From positions 1 to 47,404 of the forward strand of contig JAZQVZ010000053.1 of NCBI GenBank assembly GCA_045632105.1: a stretch of 47,404 bases of DNA, written 5' to 3'. Each line of letters opens with the position of its first letter. The first letter of the stretch is position 1. The position numbers and the translations under genes were made by a program. The notes beneath the pieces were generated by a model. That model was not told where the DNA came from. It saw nothing but the letters and a program-made list of their open reading frames with translations, and searched no databases. Of this stretch, positions 9,133-18,171 are shown one piece after another. Source of the stretch: Eubacteriales bacterium. Lineage in GTDB: Bacteria; Bacillota; Clostridia; Oscillospirales; CAG-272.

Positions 9133-9678
9133 ATGGAAAAAACGTTACGTAATAAAGCAATAAATTTATCGAAGGAAGCCGCTTTTATACTTCTTACGGT
9201 AGTGTGCGCGGTAGTTCTGCCTCAGATATTTCATGCGGCGGGAGTTTTGTTAGGCATGGGTGGAATACTCGGTCAAATATTTTTGCCGATGTATATTCCC
9301 GTATTGATAATCGGATTTTACCGTGGAGCTGCCACGGGCGCTATTGCAGGTTTGATAGCCCCTATTGTCAGCTTTGCAATTACCGAAATGCCCTCGGCGG
9401 CGCTTCTGCCTTTTATCACCCTTGAGCTTATCGCTATGGGTTTGCTTGCAGGAGCTTTTTCTAAGGTAAAGCTTCCTGCTATTCTTCGTGTGCTTTCGGT
9501 ACAGGTTATTGCTAAGGCTGTTCGTCTTGTTGTACTTGCAATATCTCTTTATGCCGCAAACGGCACAGTAGCAACTTCGGCGTTGTTTGCAGGTATTTTC
9601 ACATCTATTCCCGGTGTGATCTTGCAGCTTGCTTTGGTAACCTTCTTGATAATGAAAAAGGAAGCGCGCCATGAATGA
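9133..9678 (+). CDS. Small 5-6 TM membrane protein resembling an ECF-transporter S (substrate-capture) component
   Basis: ATG at 9133 with a CAGGAGAG RBS; the track start at 9010 lies inside the AKR gene. The motif LPMYIPVLIIGFYRGAATGAIAGLIAPIVSF...LPFITLELIAMGLLAG resembles PF12822-type S components. Assigned from memory of the family. Confidence 0.55.
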   Translation: MEKTLRNKAINLSKEAAFILLTVVCAVVLPQIFHAAGVLLGMGGILGQIFLPMYIPVLIIGFYRGAATGAIAGLIAPIVSFAITEMPSAALLPFITLELIAMGLLAGAFSKVKLPAILRVLSVQVIAKAVRLVVLAISLYAANGTVATSALFAGIFTSIPGVILQLALVTFLIMKKEARHE

Positions 9679-10108
9679 GCTCTTAAATATTGCCAGGCAA
9701 AAAATGCTGGATGGCAAATATACCTGTGTTGTTTTGATTGACAACGACGAGTATACCTCTTATGAGCGAGGGGTAAGGCCGCTGCTTTCCTTATTAGAAA
9801 CGGAGCGTTCCTTTGTGGGCGCTGTTGCCTCGGATAAATGTATCGGGGCAGGGGCAGCGCACCTGTACGTTTTGTTGGGAGTGTGCGCGGTATGGGCAAA
9901 TATTATCAGCGAGGCGGCTATTCAAATTCTCAGAAATAACGGAATAGAGGTTTGCTTTGATTTGTGTGTTCCAAGCATTATCAACCGCAGAGGTGATGGG
10001 ATCTGTCCTATTGAAAAGGCTGTTGCCGATGCAAAAAATTCAAATGAGGCTTATGGATTGATTGTTGATGCGCTCAAGCAGCTTGAACAGAATACAAAGC
10101 TTAAGTAA
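9671..10108 (+). CDS. DUF1893 (TM1506-like) domain protein
   Basis: 145 aa with the motifs DKCIGAGAAHLYV, ISEAAIQILRNNGIEV and INRRGDGICPIEKAV. It overlaps the upstream gene by 8 nt. Confidence 0.65.
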   Translation: MNELLNIARQKMLDGKYTCVVLIDNDEYTSYERGVRPLLSLLETERSFVGAVASDKCIGAGAAHLYVLLGVCAVWANIISEAAIQILRNNGIEVCFDLCVPSIINRRGDGICPIEKAVADAKNSNEAYGLIVDALKQLEQNTKLK

Positions 10109-10131
10109 TACAATAAACGAGAGATAAAAAA

Positions 10132-10176
10132 CAAAGAGCTCCTAAGCAAATCGCTTAGGAGCTCTTTGCTTTTTTG
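10132..10176 (+). terminator. Strong rho-independent terminator
   Basis: Perfect 16-bp stem: CAAAGAGCTCCTAAGC (10132-10147) pairs with GCTTAGGAGCTCTTTG (10153-10168). It is followed by CTTTTTTG. Confidence 0.85.
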
Positions 10177-10258
10177 CAAAATGTATACTACGTAAAAACG
10201 CAAAAAAAACTGTTGACAAAATTTGTCGAGAAATATTAGTCTTGCTAAGAAAAGTAAA

Positions 10259-10299
10259 AAGCCTTGGAAGTTTGAATGCTTCCAAGGCTTGTTATTTTT
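10259..10299 (+). terminator. Second, orphan terminator-like hairpin in the long AT-rich spacer
   Basis: AAGCCTTGGAAG (10259-10270) pairs with CTTCCAAGGCTT (10279-10290). It is followed by GTTATTTTT. Confidence 0.55.
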
Positions 10300-10454
10300 C
10301 AATTGAAATCTATATAAAAATCAAAAATGAATGTTTTTTTATGGAAAATCTCAACCAAACTGCATTTTTTATCGATTTTATGTATTTTGAAGTACATTTT
10401 TTGAATTTTTACCTTCAAAAAACTGCAAAAATCAAAATAAAAGCCAAAAAGGGA

Positions 10455-10483
10455 TTGACAAAACATATATATTGTAATATAAT
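10455..10483 (+). promoter_or_regulatory. Perfect-consensus sigma-A promoter of the ABC-transporter operon, preceded by A-tract-rich DNA
   Basis: TTGACA at 10455-10460, a 17-nt spacer, and TATAAT at 10478-10483. Positions 10300-10454 are full of A5-6 and T5-7 tracts, resembling an UP element or curved DNA. Confidence 0.7.
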
Positions 10484-10633
10484 AGATGTAACGATATTTT
10501 TTTGTGGATCTGAGTCAAGCAGATCGGACGGGATATTCCGTTATTATTGGATACAAAAGTGTTCAATGAAGCAAAATATTATCGAAATATAGATGAGGCG
10601 AAAGCCTTGTCAAAAAATATGGAGGTTTTTGCT

Positions 10634-13126
10634 ATGAGCAAAACAATCAAAAGAATTGTAAGCGTTGTGCTTGTTCTTGCTATGCTTGCAGCTATCTGCC
10701 TTACAGTAGTAAGCTGTGCTGATAAGCCTTCCAACGAAAATGGTCCTGCAAAGGAAACGTTGGCAACAGGAACTTACAACACCTACACAACGGCTCTGGG
10801 TACAAACTGGAACCCTCACACATGGGAGAACAATGCAGATAGCGCTGTTATGGGCTACATTGAAACTCCTCTGGTTGACATGACGATCAAGGATTCTAAG
10901 ACTGGTGAATACCAGTGGATATTCCTTGCAGCAACATCTGTTACTGACGTTACCAAGGACAACCAGGCAGACCTCACTAAGTACGGCTGCGCAGAAACAG
11001 ACGCTACTGAGGGTTACGTTTACGAGATCAAGCTTCGTCCCGAGATGTGCTGGGAAGATGGCACCGCTATCAACGCAGATACTTACATCTACTCGATGAA
11101 GGCTATGCTCGATCCTACCATGAAGAACTACCGTGCAAACAACTACTACTCCGGTGAGTCCGCTCTCGCAGGTGCTCAGGCATACTTCGATCAGGGCGCT
11201 CCCATTTACGCAGTTGTTGTTCCCGCATATGGTGAAGGGGATACTCCTGACTACAGTCTCAATCTTGATGAGTGGGATCTGTACATCGACCTCGATTCTA
11301 ACGGAATGACCTTTGCAGGCTATAGCTTCTATGAGCTCTACAAGGACTACGGTATTATTTCCGCTGAGACCTACAATGCTGTTGCAGGCAACGAGAACAT
11401 CTACGGAATGACCAAGATTACTGAAGAGAACAAGGAAGCTGTCCTCACCCTTATGGATGAGTTCTGCTCCGGATTTGGTATTTCCATCTACAACGAGGAC
11501 GGTACCGTTAACGAGGAATTCTACAAGGAATTCTTGTTCTACGATACAAAGGAAATCGGCGCAGCTGTTTCTTGGGATAAGGTAGGTCTTTACAAGGTTG
11601 ACGAGTACACCATCCGTTACGTTTGTGCAACCGCTTACGATTACTACTACTTCCTTACCTCCTGCACATCCAACTGGATCGTTCACGAGGGTCTTTATGA
11701 GGCTAACAAGGACACCACCGGTGAGCTTACAACAACAAAGTACGCTACATCCAAGGCAACAACCATGTCCTACGGTCCTTACAAGATGTCCTCTCTCCAG
11801 GACGGCAAGCAGATGGTATTCGTTCGTAACGAAAAGTACTTCGAGTACAAGACTGACGAAAACGGTAACCTTTACTCCACAACCGAAACCGCTGGATTTA
11901 AGGTTGACGGCGAGTACGTTGAGCAGTACCTCACAGAGAAGGTTGTAATTGACGTTATGACCGACGACGCAGCAAAGCTTGCGTTCCTCTCCGGTAAGAT
12001 CGACGACTGGACTCCCGCAGCTGATGAAGTAGTTAACTACTCCACCTCTGACCAGCTCTACCAGGTAGACGAGACCTACACAATGCGTCTGTTCTTTAAC
12101 ACAGACCTTGATGCACTCACTGCTATGGATCAGGCAGGTAACCAGAACTCTGTAGTTATTTCTAACTACAATTTCCGTAAGGCTATGTCCTTGGCACTTG
12201 ACCGTTCCGAGTTCGTAACGGCTACAGCAGGTTACAAGGCAGCTTACTCCCTTATCAACTCTCTCTACTTCTACGACGTTTACGAAGATCCTTCCTCTAT
12301 CTACCGCAATACAGAAGAGGCTATGCAGGCTGTTTGTAACATCTACGGCGTAGAGTACGGCGAAGGTAAGGCTTACGCAACTCTTGAGGATGCATACAAG
12401 TCTGTAACAGGCTTCAACCTCACAGAGGCAAAGGCTCTTATGAAGGCAGCTTGCGACGAGCTCGTTGCAGCAGGTCTTTACAACAAGGGCGACAAGGTTG
12501 TTATCCAGATGGGTTACAAGGCAGGAACTCTTGATTCCACCGACAACCAGCAGGTAGCACTTCTTAACAAGTATATCAATGCAGCTGCTGCAGATTCCGG
12601 CTTCGGCGAGATCGAGCTTGTTGCTAAGGATAACCTCACAAACAGATACAAGGACGTTTACACCGGTGTATATGCTATCGGTTGGGGCGCTTGGGGTGGA
12701 GCTGCTTTCTATCCCTTCACCATGTTCCGTGTATACTGTGACCCTGATTACGCAGATCTCCACGAGGGTGGATGCTGGGATCCCGCTACTGAGACCCTTA
12801 CACTCACAATCAACGGAGAAGAGGTTACAATGACATGGCAGGAGTGGTCTGTATCTATGACTGGTACAGGCAAGTACGCTGATGCTTCTAACGAAGTAAA
12901 GCTTCAGGTTCTCGCAGCAATTGAAGAGAACTTCATTGAGCTCTACTACTGCATCCCTGTATGCGCTACAACCGTTTGCTCTATGCTTTCCTATAAGGTT
13001 AGCTACTACACCGAAAACTACAGCATCATGTACGGCTTCGGTGGACTCCGTCTGATGAGATACAACTACACAGACGCTGAGTGGGCTGATTACGTAAAGA
13101 GCGTAAATAACCAGCTTGCATACTAA
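10634..13126 (+). CDS. Large (830 aa) lipoprotein, putative substrate-binding protein of the adjacent Opp/Dpp-type ABC importer
   Basis: ATG at 10634 with a GGAGG RBS. Signal peptide and lipobox LTVVSC. It is the first gene of an operon with OppBCDF-like genes. The track start at 10547 lacks an RBS and a signal peptide. Confidence 0.75.
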   Translation: MSKTIKRIVSVVLVLAMLAAICLTVVSCADKPSNENGPAKETLATGTYNTYTTALGTNWNPHTWENNADSAVMGYIETPLVDMTIKDSKTGEYQWIFLAATSVTDVTKDNQADLTKYGCAETDATEGYVYEIKLRPEMCWEDGTAINADTYIYSMKAMLDPTMKNYRANNYYSGESALAGAQAYFDQGAPIYAVVVPAYGEGDTPDYSLNLDEWDLYIDLDSNGMTFAGYSFYELYKDYGIISAETYNAVAGNENIYGMTKITEENKEAVLTLMDEFCSGFGISIYNEDGTVNEEFYKEFLFYDTKEIGAAVSWDKVGLYKVDEYTIRYVCATAYDYYYFLTSCTSNWIVHEGLYEANKDTTGELTTTKYATSKATTMSYGPYKMSSLQDGKQMVFVRNEKYFEYKTDENGNLYSTTETAGFKVDGEYVEQYLTEKVVIDVMTDDAAKLAFLSGKIDDWTPAADEVVNYSTSDQLYQVDETYTMRLFFNTDLDALTAMDQAGNQNSVVISNYNFRKAMSLALDRSEFVTATAGYKAAYSLINSLYFYDVYEDPSSIYRNTEEAMQAVCNIYGVEYGEGKAYATLEDAYKSVTGFNLTEAKALMKAACDELVAAGLYNKGDKVVIQMGYKAGTLDSTDNQQVALLNKYINAAAADSGFGEIELVAKDNLTNRYKDVYTGVYAIGWGAWGGAAFYPFTMFRVYCDPDYADLHEGGCWDPATETLTLTINGEEVTMTWQEWSVSMTGTGKYADASNEVKLQVLAAIEENFIELYYCIPVCATTVCSMLSYKVSYYTENYSIMYGFGGLRLMRYNYTDAEWADYVKSVNNQLAY

Positions 13127-13130
13127 TTAA

Positions 13131-13358
13131 CCGAATATATTCGGATAATTAAGGTAAACTAAAATTGCCGAGAGGGGCTGAATTATGTCCCTCTCGGCTT
13201 GAGTGTTATAATGCCTAACTCGCAGATTGCGAGCCGTCTCTTGACAACGGCTCGCAATGCGTGCGACTTAGAGGATTTGCAGATGACATTTCTGGATTTT
13301 GCTGCTGTTTTTTGCTCCGGACTTGGAGCGGAAAATAGTGCGAGGCAAAAAACAGCAG
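13131..13358 (+). promoter_or_regulatory. Cluster of four perfect hairpins or palindromes in the 273-nt spacer between the binding-protein and permease genes
   Basis: (1) CCGAATATATTCGG at 13131-13144. (2) GCCGAGAGGG (13167-13176) pairs with CCCTCTCGGC (13189-13198). (3) ATTGCGAGCCGT (13226-13237) pairs with ACGGCTCGCAAT (13247-13258). (4) CTGCTGTTTTTTGC (13302-13315) pairs with GCAAAAAACAGCAG (13345-13358). A TGtTATAAT lies at 13204-13212. Confidence 0.5.
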
Positions 13359-13399
13359 AAAAATTCTATTGTAAAAATTAAGTAAAGGAGACAAGCAAC

Positions 13400-14410
13400 A
13401 TGAAAATGGCAAAATACATCTTCAAAAGAATACTTTTGATGCTTTTTGTCCTTCTTGTAATAGTCACCATTTGTTTTGTGCTTGTACGCATGCTGCCTCG
13501 ATCTTTGCCCGAGGGAAGTTTAGCTCAGCAAAATGCTGTTCAGGCACGCTGGGAAGCGCTTGGATATAACAAGCCGATCCTTCAGCAGTTTGGTATATAT
13601 TTAAAGAACATCATCACCGAGTGGGACTTCGGTACTTCTTGGTATATTAAATATATGGAGCCCGCTTGGGATCTTCTTGCGGGACGTTTGTTGCCTACAG
13701 TACTTGTAAACGTATACTCGTTGCTTTTCTCTATTCCGATAGGAATTGCACTTGGTGTTTACGCGGCAATAAAGAAGAACAAATGGCAGGATAGCTTTAT
13801 AAGCACATTGGTTATGGTATTCGTATCCGTGCCTTCGTACGTTTACGCATTCTTGATACAGTTTTTCCTCTTCTATAAGTTCCACTGGTTTGATAAGCCA
13901 GGTGTACTAGCGTTGGCAGAGGCGGCAGAGAAGGCGGGAATTACTCTTGTTGAGGGAGCAGAGTGGAAGGCTTGGTTTACAGGACCTATGTTCGTATCCT
14001 TGATAATGCCCGTATTGGCATTGTCCTTTGGTACGATTGCGGGACTTTGCCGTTTCACCCGTGCAGAGCTTACTGAAACCTTGACGTCTGACTATATGCT
14101 TCTTGCGCGTACAAAGGGACTTACCCGTGCGCAGGCTACATCTCGTCACGCGCTCAAGAATGCGATGGTTCCGATTCTTCCTATGATCATTTCTTCGTTC
14201 GTAGGAATTCTTGGCGGATCGCTCGTTATTGAGAAGATATTCTCTATTCCCGGAGTTGGTGAATTGTATATTATGTCGGTATTCCAGAGAGACTATGACG
14301 TATTTATGATAGATACGATCTTCTATACTCTCATTGGACTTGCAACAAATATTGTGGTGGATATAAGCTACGGCTTTATTGACCCGAGAATCAGAATGGG
14401 GGAGAGATGA
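13400..14410 (+). CDS. ABC transporter permease, OppB/DppB-like
   Basis: 336 aa with 6 TM segments. The motif SDYMLLARTKGLTRAQATSRHALKNAMVPILP is the Opp/Dpp permease EAA-loop region. Confidence 0.9.
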   Translation: MKMAKYIFKRILLMLFVLLVIVTICFVLVRMLPRSLPEGSLAQQNAVQARWEALGYNKPILQQFGIYLKNIITEWDFGTSWYIKYMEPAWDLLAGRLLPTVLVNVYSLLFSIPIGIALGVYAAIKKNKWQDSFISTLVMVFVSVPSYVYAFLIQFFLFYKFHWFDKPGVLALAEAAEKAGITLVEGAEWKAWFTGPMFVSLIMPVLALSFGTIAGLCRFTRAELTETLTSDYMLLARTKGLTRAQATSRHALKNAMVPILPMIISSFVGILGGSLVIEKIFSIPGVGELYIMSVFQRDYDVFMIDTIFYTLIGLATNIVVDISYGFIDPRIRMGER

Positions 14411-14411
14411 T

Positions 14412-16013
14412 ATGAGTAATATCAATAATATGAACATCCCCGCAATTTCAAAGGAAAAATTTGAATTTGTAAATACCAATTTAAAGATTCACGATAAGAA
14501 GTTTGATGACAAGCCCATAGGATATTTCAAGGATGCTTGGCTTAGATTCTGTAAGAACCGCGCATCTGTTGTAGCGGCTGTTATCATCATTGTTATTATT
14601 CTTTTCTCTATTCTTTGTCCGCTCTTTATCACCACCCATGATAACTCGTTCATGGTAAACTATTATGCTAAGAAGCCCGCAAGAGTTACTTGGCTTAGAG
14701 ATAATTTTGGAATAATGGATGGAGGAGTGAACCGTCAGGGCATTACCGAGGCAGAGCTTCTTCGTTTGACTGCTATTGGTATAGGCGCTGCCGACCATAC
14801 AGGTGAGGATACTTCTCTTGCCGCAGGTATGGAGAGCTATTATCAGCCTGTCATCAACGTAAGCGAACCCCAGCAGACGCTGGATGCAAAAAAACAGCCC
14901 GTAAACATTTACGACGTTCGTGTTGACACCTATCTTGAGGTTGGATTCGAGTACCGTCAGATCCCCCAGTCAGAGCTTCAGAAAATTCTTGACTGGCAGG
15001 AAAGTACAGGAAAGCAGATCCTTTACCCTCTTATAGATGAGGATAACGAATGGGACCCCAAGAAGGGAAATGATGATCCCGACCTGTGGTATAAGGCAGT
15101 AAAGAATGCAGGACACCCTGTTGCTTTGAACTCTATGGGACAACCCTATGAGATCACCTACGGTGAGGATATGGAGCTTGAGGATAACTACAAGCGCGAT
15201 GCGAATGGTAATCCTATTTATTACGAATATACGGGTGGTGGAAGCATTGAAACCGCTGAGTATAAGATCCGTGTTCTCTACTACAACTACTATCAGTATC
15301 TCTATGGATTTGAGCCTAACTATGTAATGGGTACAGAATCTCAGGGTTATGATATGGCGCTCCGTGTAGCAGACGGTATTCAGCTTTCTCTTTTGATCGC
15401 TGTGCTTGTATGTGTCATCAACTTCATTCTTGGCGCTCTCTACGGAGCAGTTGAGGGTTACTACGGTGGAGCACTTGACCTTATTTTGGAGCGTGTATCC
15501 GATATTTTGAGCGGCGTACCGTTTATCATTGTTGCAACTCTGTTCCAGCTGCATCTTGCGGCAAAGGTAGGACCTATAATTTGTCTGTTGTTTGCATATA
15601 TCGTAACCGGATGGATAGGTACCGCTTACAGAGTAAGAACGCAGTTCTATCGCTTTAAGAATCAGGAATATGTAATGGCTGCAAGAACACTTGGAGCTAA
15701 GGATAGCAGAATTATCTGGAAGCATATATTCCCCAACACACTTGGTACAATTATCACATCTTCTGCGCTTGCTATTCCTTCTACGATCATGTCCGAGAGT
15801 ATGCTCTCGTACCTTGGAATCGTTAGCCTTGGAGGAAAGAGCGGAACCTCTCTCGGAACACTTCTTTCCGAGGCGGAAACACGTTGGCAGGATGCACCTC
15901 ACCTTATGCTGTATCCCGCTTTGATAATCTCGCTTTTGATGATTTGCTTTAACCTGTTCGGTAACGGACTTCGTGACGCGTTTAACCCGTCATTGCGTGG
16001 AGTGGAGGATTAA
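14412..16013 (+). CDS. ABC transporter permease, OppC/DppC-like, with an enlarged (~240 aa) first extracytoplasmic loop
   Basis: ATG at 14412 with a GGGGGAGAG RBS, 1 nt after the upstream stop. The motif AARTLGAKDSRIIWKHIFPNTLGTII is present. A long hydrophilic segment lies between TM1 (about 14560-14630) and TM2 (about 15350). Confidence 0.9.
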   Translation: MSNINNMNIPAISKEKFEFVNTNLKIHDKKFDDKPIGYFKDAWLRFCKNRASVVAAVIIIVIILFSILCPLFITTHDNSFMVNYYAKKPARVTWLRDNFGIMDGGVNRQGITEAELLRLTAIGIGAADHTGEDTSLAAGMESYYQPVINVSEPQQTLDAKKQPVNIYDVRVDTYLEVGFEYRQIPQSELQKILDWQESTGKQILYPLIDEDNEWDPKKGNDDPDLWYKAVKNAGHPVALNSMGQPYEITYGEDMELEDNYKRDANGNPIYYEYTGGGSIETAEYKIRVLYYNYYQYLYGFEPNYVMGTESQGYDMALRVADGIQLSLLIAVLVCVINFILGALYGAVEGYYGGALDLILERVSDILSGVPFIIVATLFQLHLAAKVGPIICLLFAYIVTGWIGTAYRVRTQFYRFKNQEYVMAARTLGAKDSRIIWKHIFPNTLGTIITSSALAIPSTIMSESMLSYLGIVSLGGKSGTSLGTLLSEAETRWQDAPHLMLYPALIISLLMICFNLFGNGLRDAFNPSLRGVED

Positions 16014-16016
16014 TCT

Positions 16017-18170
16017 ATGGGTAAGATACTTGAAGTTAATAATCTGAAGATCTCCTTCCGTACACAAAGCGGTACGTTAAAGGCGGTTAGAAATATCTCT
16101 TTTGATCTTGAAAGAGGAGATACACTTGCTATAGTTGGTGAGTCCGGCTCCGGTAAGTCTGTAACTTCTAAGGCTATACTTGGAATTTTGGCTGGTAACT
16201 CGATCATCGAGGGCGGCGAAATTCTTTATGACGGTAAGGATCTTCTCAAGATAGACGAAGAGGAGATGCACAAGATTCGAGGAGATAAGATAGCGATGAT
16301 CTTCCAGGATCCGCTTTCTTCCCTCAATCCTATAGTTAAAATAGGTAAACAGATAACAGAAGCAATGCTTCTTAAGAATAAGGCGTCCCGCAAGATTTCG
16401 AGAAAAGAATTTAACGGTATGCTTGAGGTGCTCAAAAACAACCTTATTGAGGTGTACGGAGAGAGCGAGGCTCAGAGAATGGACGAGCTTGTTAACACGT
16501 TCGATAAGTTCAATATTGTGGCCTTGAAGTTTGAAACGCCTTATAATGAAGCATTCAATGCAGCAGAGGAGCTTGTTGCAGATATTGAGGATCTCTCGTT
16601 CCTTATCGAGAAAAAGCAAAGAGTTAATGTAAAGGATAAGCTTGGTTATATTATCAAGAAGCTTCCTACGATAAAAAATCAGTTCCTCACAGGAAACTGT
16701 GGCGACGAGCTTGCAGCTGTAATCAGCTCTCTTAACTCGGTTAGATCTGCATATGACGAGAAGGATCCTGAGACGGCGAAGGCTATTATCGTCGAGCTTG
16801 AAAAGGCAAAGGAGTTCCTCTCTAAGGTAGTACAGACTACTCGCCCTGATTTCTTCAGCTTTGGTTACTACGCAATGAACAATCAGAGCGTGGATCTTTC
16901 GACAACTTCGATCGAAGAGCTTAATGCTAAGACTCGTGAGTACCTGGATACAAGCTTCCTTGTTGATTTTGTTAAGCTTATAATTTCGGCAGAGAAGAAT
17001 GCTTGCAAAAAGTCGATTGAGGCAAAGACAAAGGTTGTTGAGGCAATTCCCGCTGTTCGTGAGTACTTCCTTGCAGGCAACTTTGACAAGAAGGGCGCGA
17101 AGGAGCAGCTCAACGCTATCTCTAAGCTGGTTCACAATTGTATCAACAAGCTTGATACGAATAAGGATAGTATGACATACACGTTTGGCACATCTCTTGA
17201 GAGTGCTATAGACAAGTATTTCCATGCTATTGTTAACAACCCCCGTGAGGAGGCAAGATTTGCAAGACAGAGCAAAAAGCGTGACGCTCTTATCGCAAGA
17301 GGTAAGACGGTAGACTGGAAGGTCGTTCCCGCAGTTGTTTATGACCTTGATGAGCTTGCAGAAAATATTGTTAAGGTTATTGACAATATTTACGCAAAAT
17401 ATCAAAAGGAAATTGCAGAGGCAGACAGCTTAAGCATGGAAAGCCGTGCAAACGCGCTTATTGATTATTTCAAGGAGAAGGCATCTCTTGTAGTTTATAA
17501 GCTTACAAAGAGAATGGCGAAGGAAAAAGCAATAAAGCTTATGGATGAGGTTGGTATTCCCGAGTCGAGAATACGTTACAACCAGTATCCCTTTGAATTC
17601 TCCGGCGGTATGAGACAGAGAATAGTTATCGCAATTGCACTTTCTGCAAACCCTGATATTCTTATTTGTGACGAGCCTACTACTGCGCTTGACGTTACCA
17701 TTCAGTCGCAGATACTTGAGCTTATCAATAAGCTTAAAAAGGAAAGAAATCTTTCCGTAATATTCATTACTCACGACCTTGGCGTTGTTGCTAATATCGC
17801 CGATAAGATCGCGGTAATGTATGCGGGAAAGATAGTTGAATACGGATCGGCAGACGAGGTATTCTATGATCCTCGCCATCCCTACACCTGGGCGCTCCTT
17901 TCTTCAATGCCTGACCTTGATACAAATGAGAAGCTTGAGGCAATTCCGGGAACTCCTCCTAATATGATCTATCCTCCTGAGGGAGATGCATTTGCTGCAA
18001 GAAATAAGTATGCAATGCATATAGATTTTGAGCAGCAGCCTCCTGAATTTGAGGTTTCTCCCACACACTGGGCTGCAACATGGCTCTTGCATCCCGATGC
18101 GCCTAAGGTAGAGCCCCCTCATATAATTACCGAAAGAATTGAAAGAATGAAGAAGAGAGGAGAAGAATGA
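16017..18170 (+). CDS. ABC transporter ATP-binding protein, OppD-like, carrying a ~370-aa insertion in the nucleotide-binding domain
   Basis: Walker A GESGSGKS, Q-loop IAMIFQDPLSSLNP, then about 370 mostly helical residues. After that come the signature FSGGMRQR, Walker B ILICDEPTTALD, H-loop ITHDL and the Opp C-terminal motif DPRHPYT. Confidence 0.9.
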   Translation: MGKILEVNNLKISFRTQSGTLKAVRNISFDLERGDTLAIVGESGSGKSVTSKAILGILAGNSIIEGGEILYDGKDLLKIDEEEMHKIRGDKIAMIFQDPLSSLNPIVKIGKQITEAMLLKNKASRKISRKEFNGMLEVLKNNLIEVYGESEAQRMDELVNTFDKFNIVALKFETPYNEAFNAAEELVADIEDLSFLIEKKQRVNVKDKLGYIIKKLPTIKNQFLTGNCGDELAAVISSLNSVRSAYDEKDPETAKAIIVELEKAKEFLSKVVQTTRPDFFSFGYYAMNNQSVDLSTTSIEELNAKTREYLDTSFLVDFVKLIISAEKNACKKSIEAKTKVVEAIPAVREYFLAGNFDKKGAKEQLNAISKLVHNCINKLDTNKDSMTYTFGTSLESAIDKYFHAIVNNPREEARFARQSKKRDALIARGKTVDWKVVPAVVYDLDELAENIVKVIDNIYAKYQKEIAEADSLSMESRANALIDYFKEKASLVVYKLTKRMAKEKAIKLMDEVGIPESRIRYNQYPFEFSGGMRQRIVIAIALSANPDILICDEPTTALDVTIQSQILELINKLKKERNLSVIFITHDLGVVANIADKIAVMYAGKIVEYGSADEVFYDPRHPYTWALLSSMPDLDTNEKLEAIPGTPPNMIYPPEGDAFAARNKYAMHIDFEQQPPEFEVSPTHWAATWLLHPDAPKVEPPHIITERIERMKKRGEE

Positions 18171-18171
18171 T

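Noticed and set aside
10242-10592. 116-aa ORF in the AT-rich spacer upstream of the ABC operon. A similar 60-aa ORF lies at 13199-13381 in the intra-operon spacer.
   Set aside because: They lie in promoter and hairpin-rich non-coding DNA, have no RBS and give a low-complexity translation rich in F/I/K/N. They are best explained as chance ORFs.
10610-12763. 717-aa minus-strand ORF opposite the binding-protein gene. Similar ORFs lie at 14970-15902, 16077-17405 and 18343-19341 opposite the permease and ATPase genes.
   Set aside because: They are codon-aligned antisense shadows of genes with unambiguous ABC-transporter motifs. They have no RBS or start context and no recognisable motifs.
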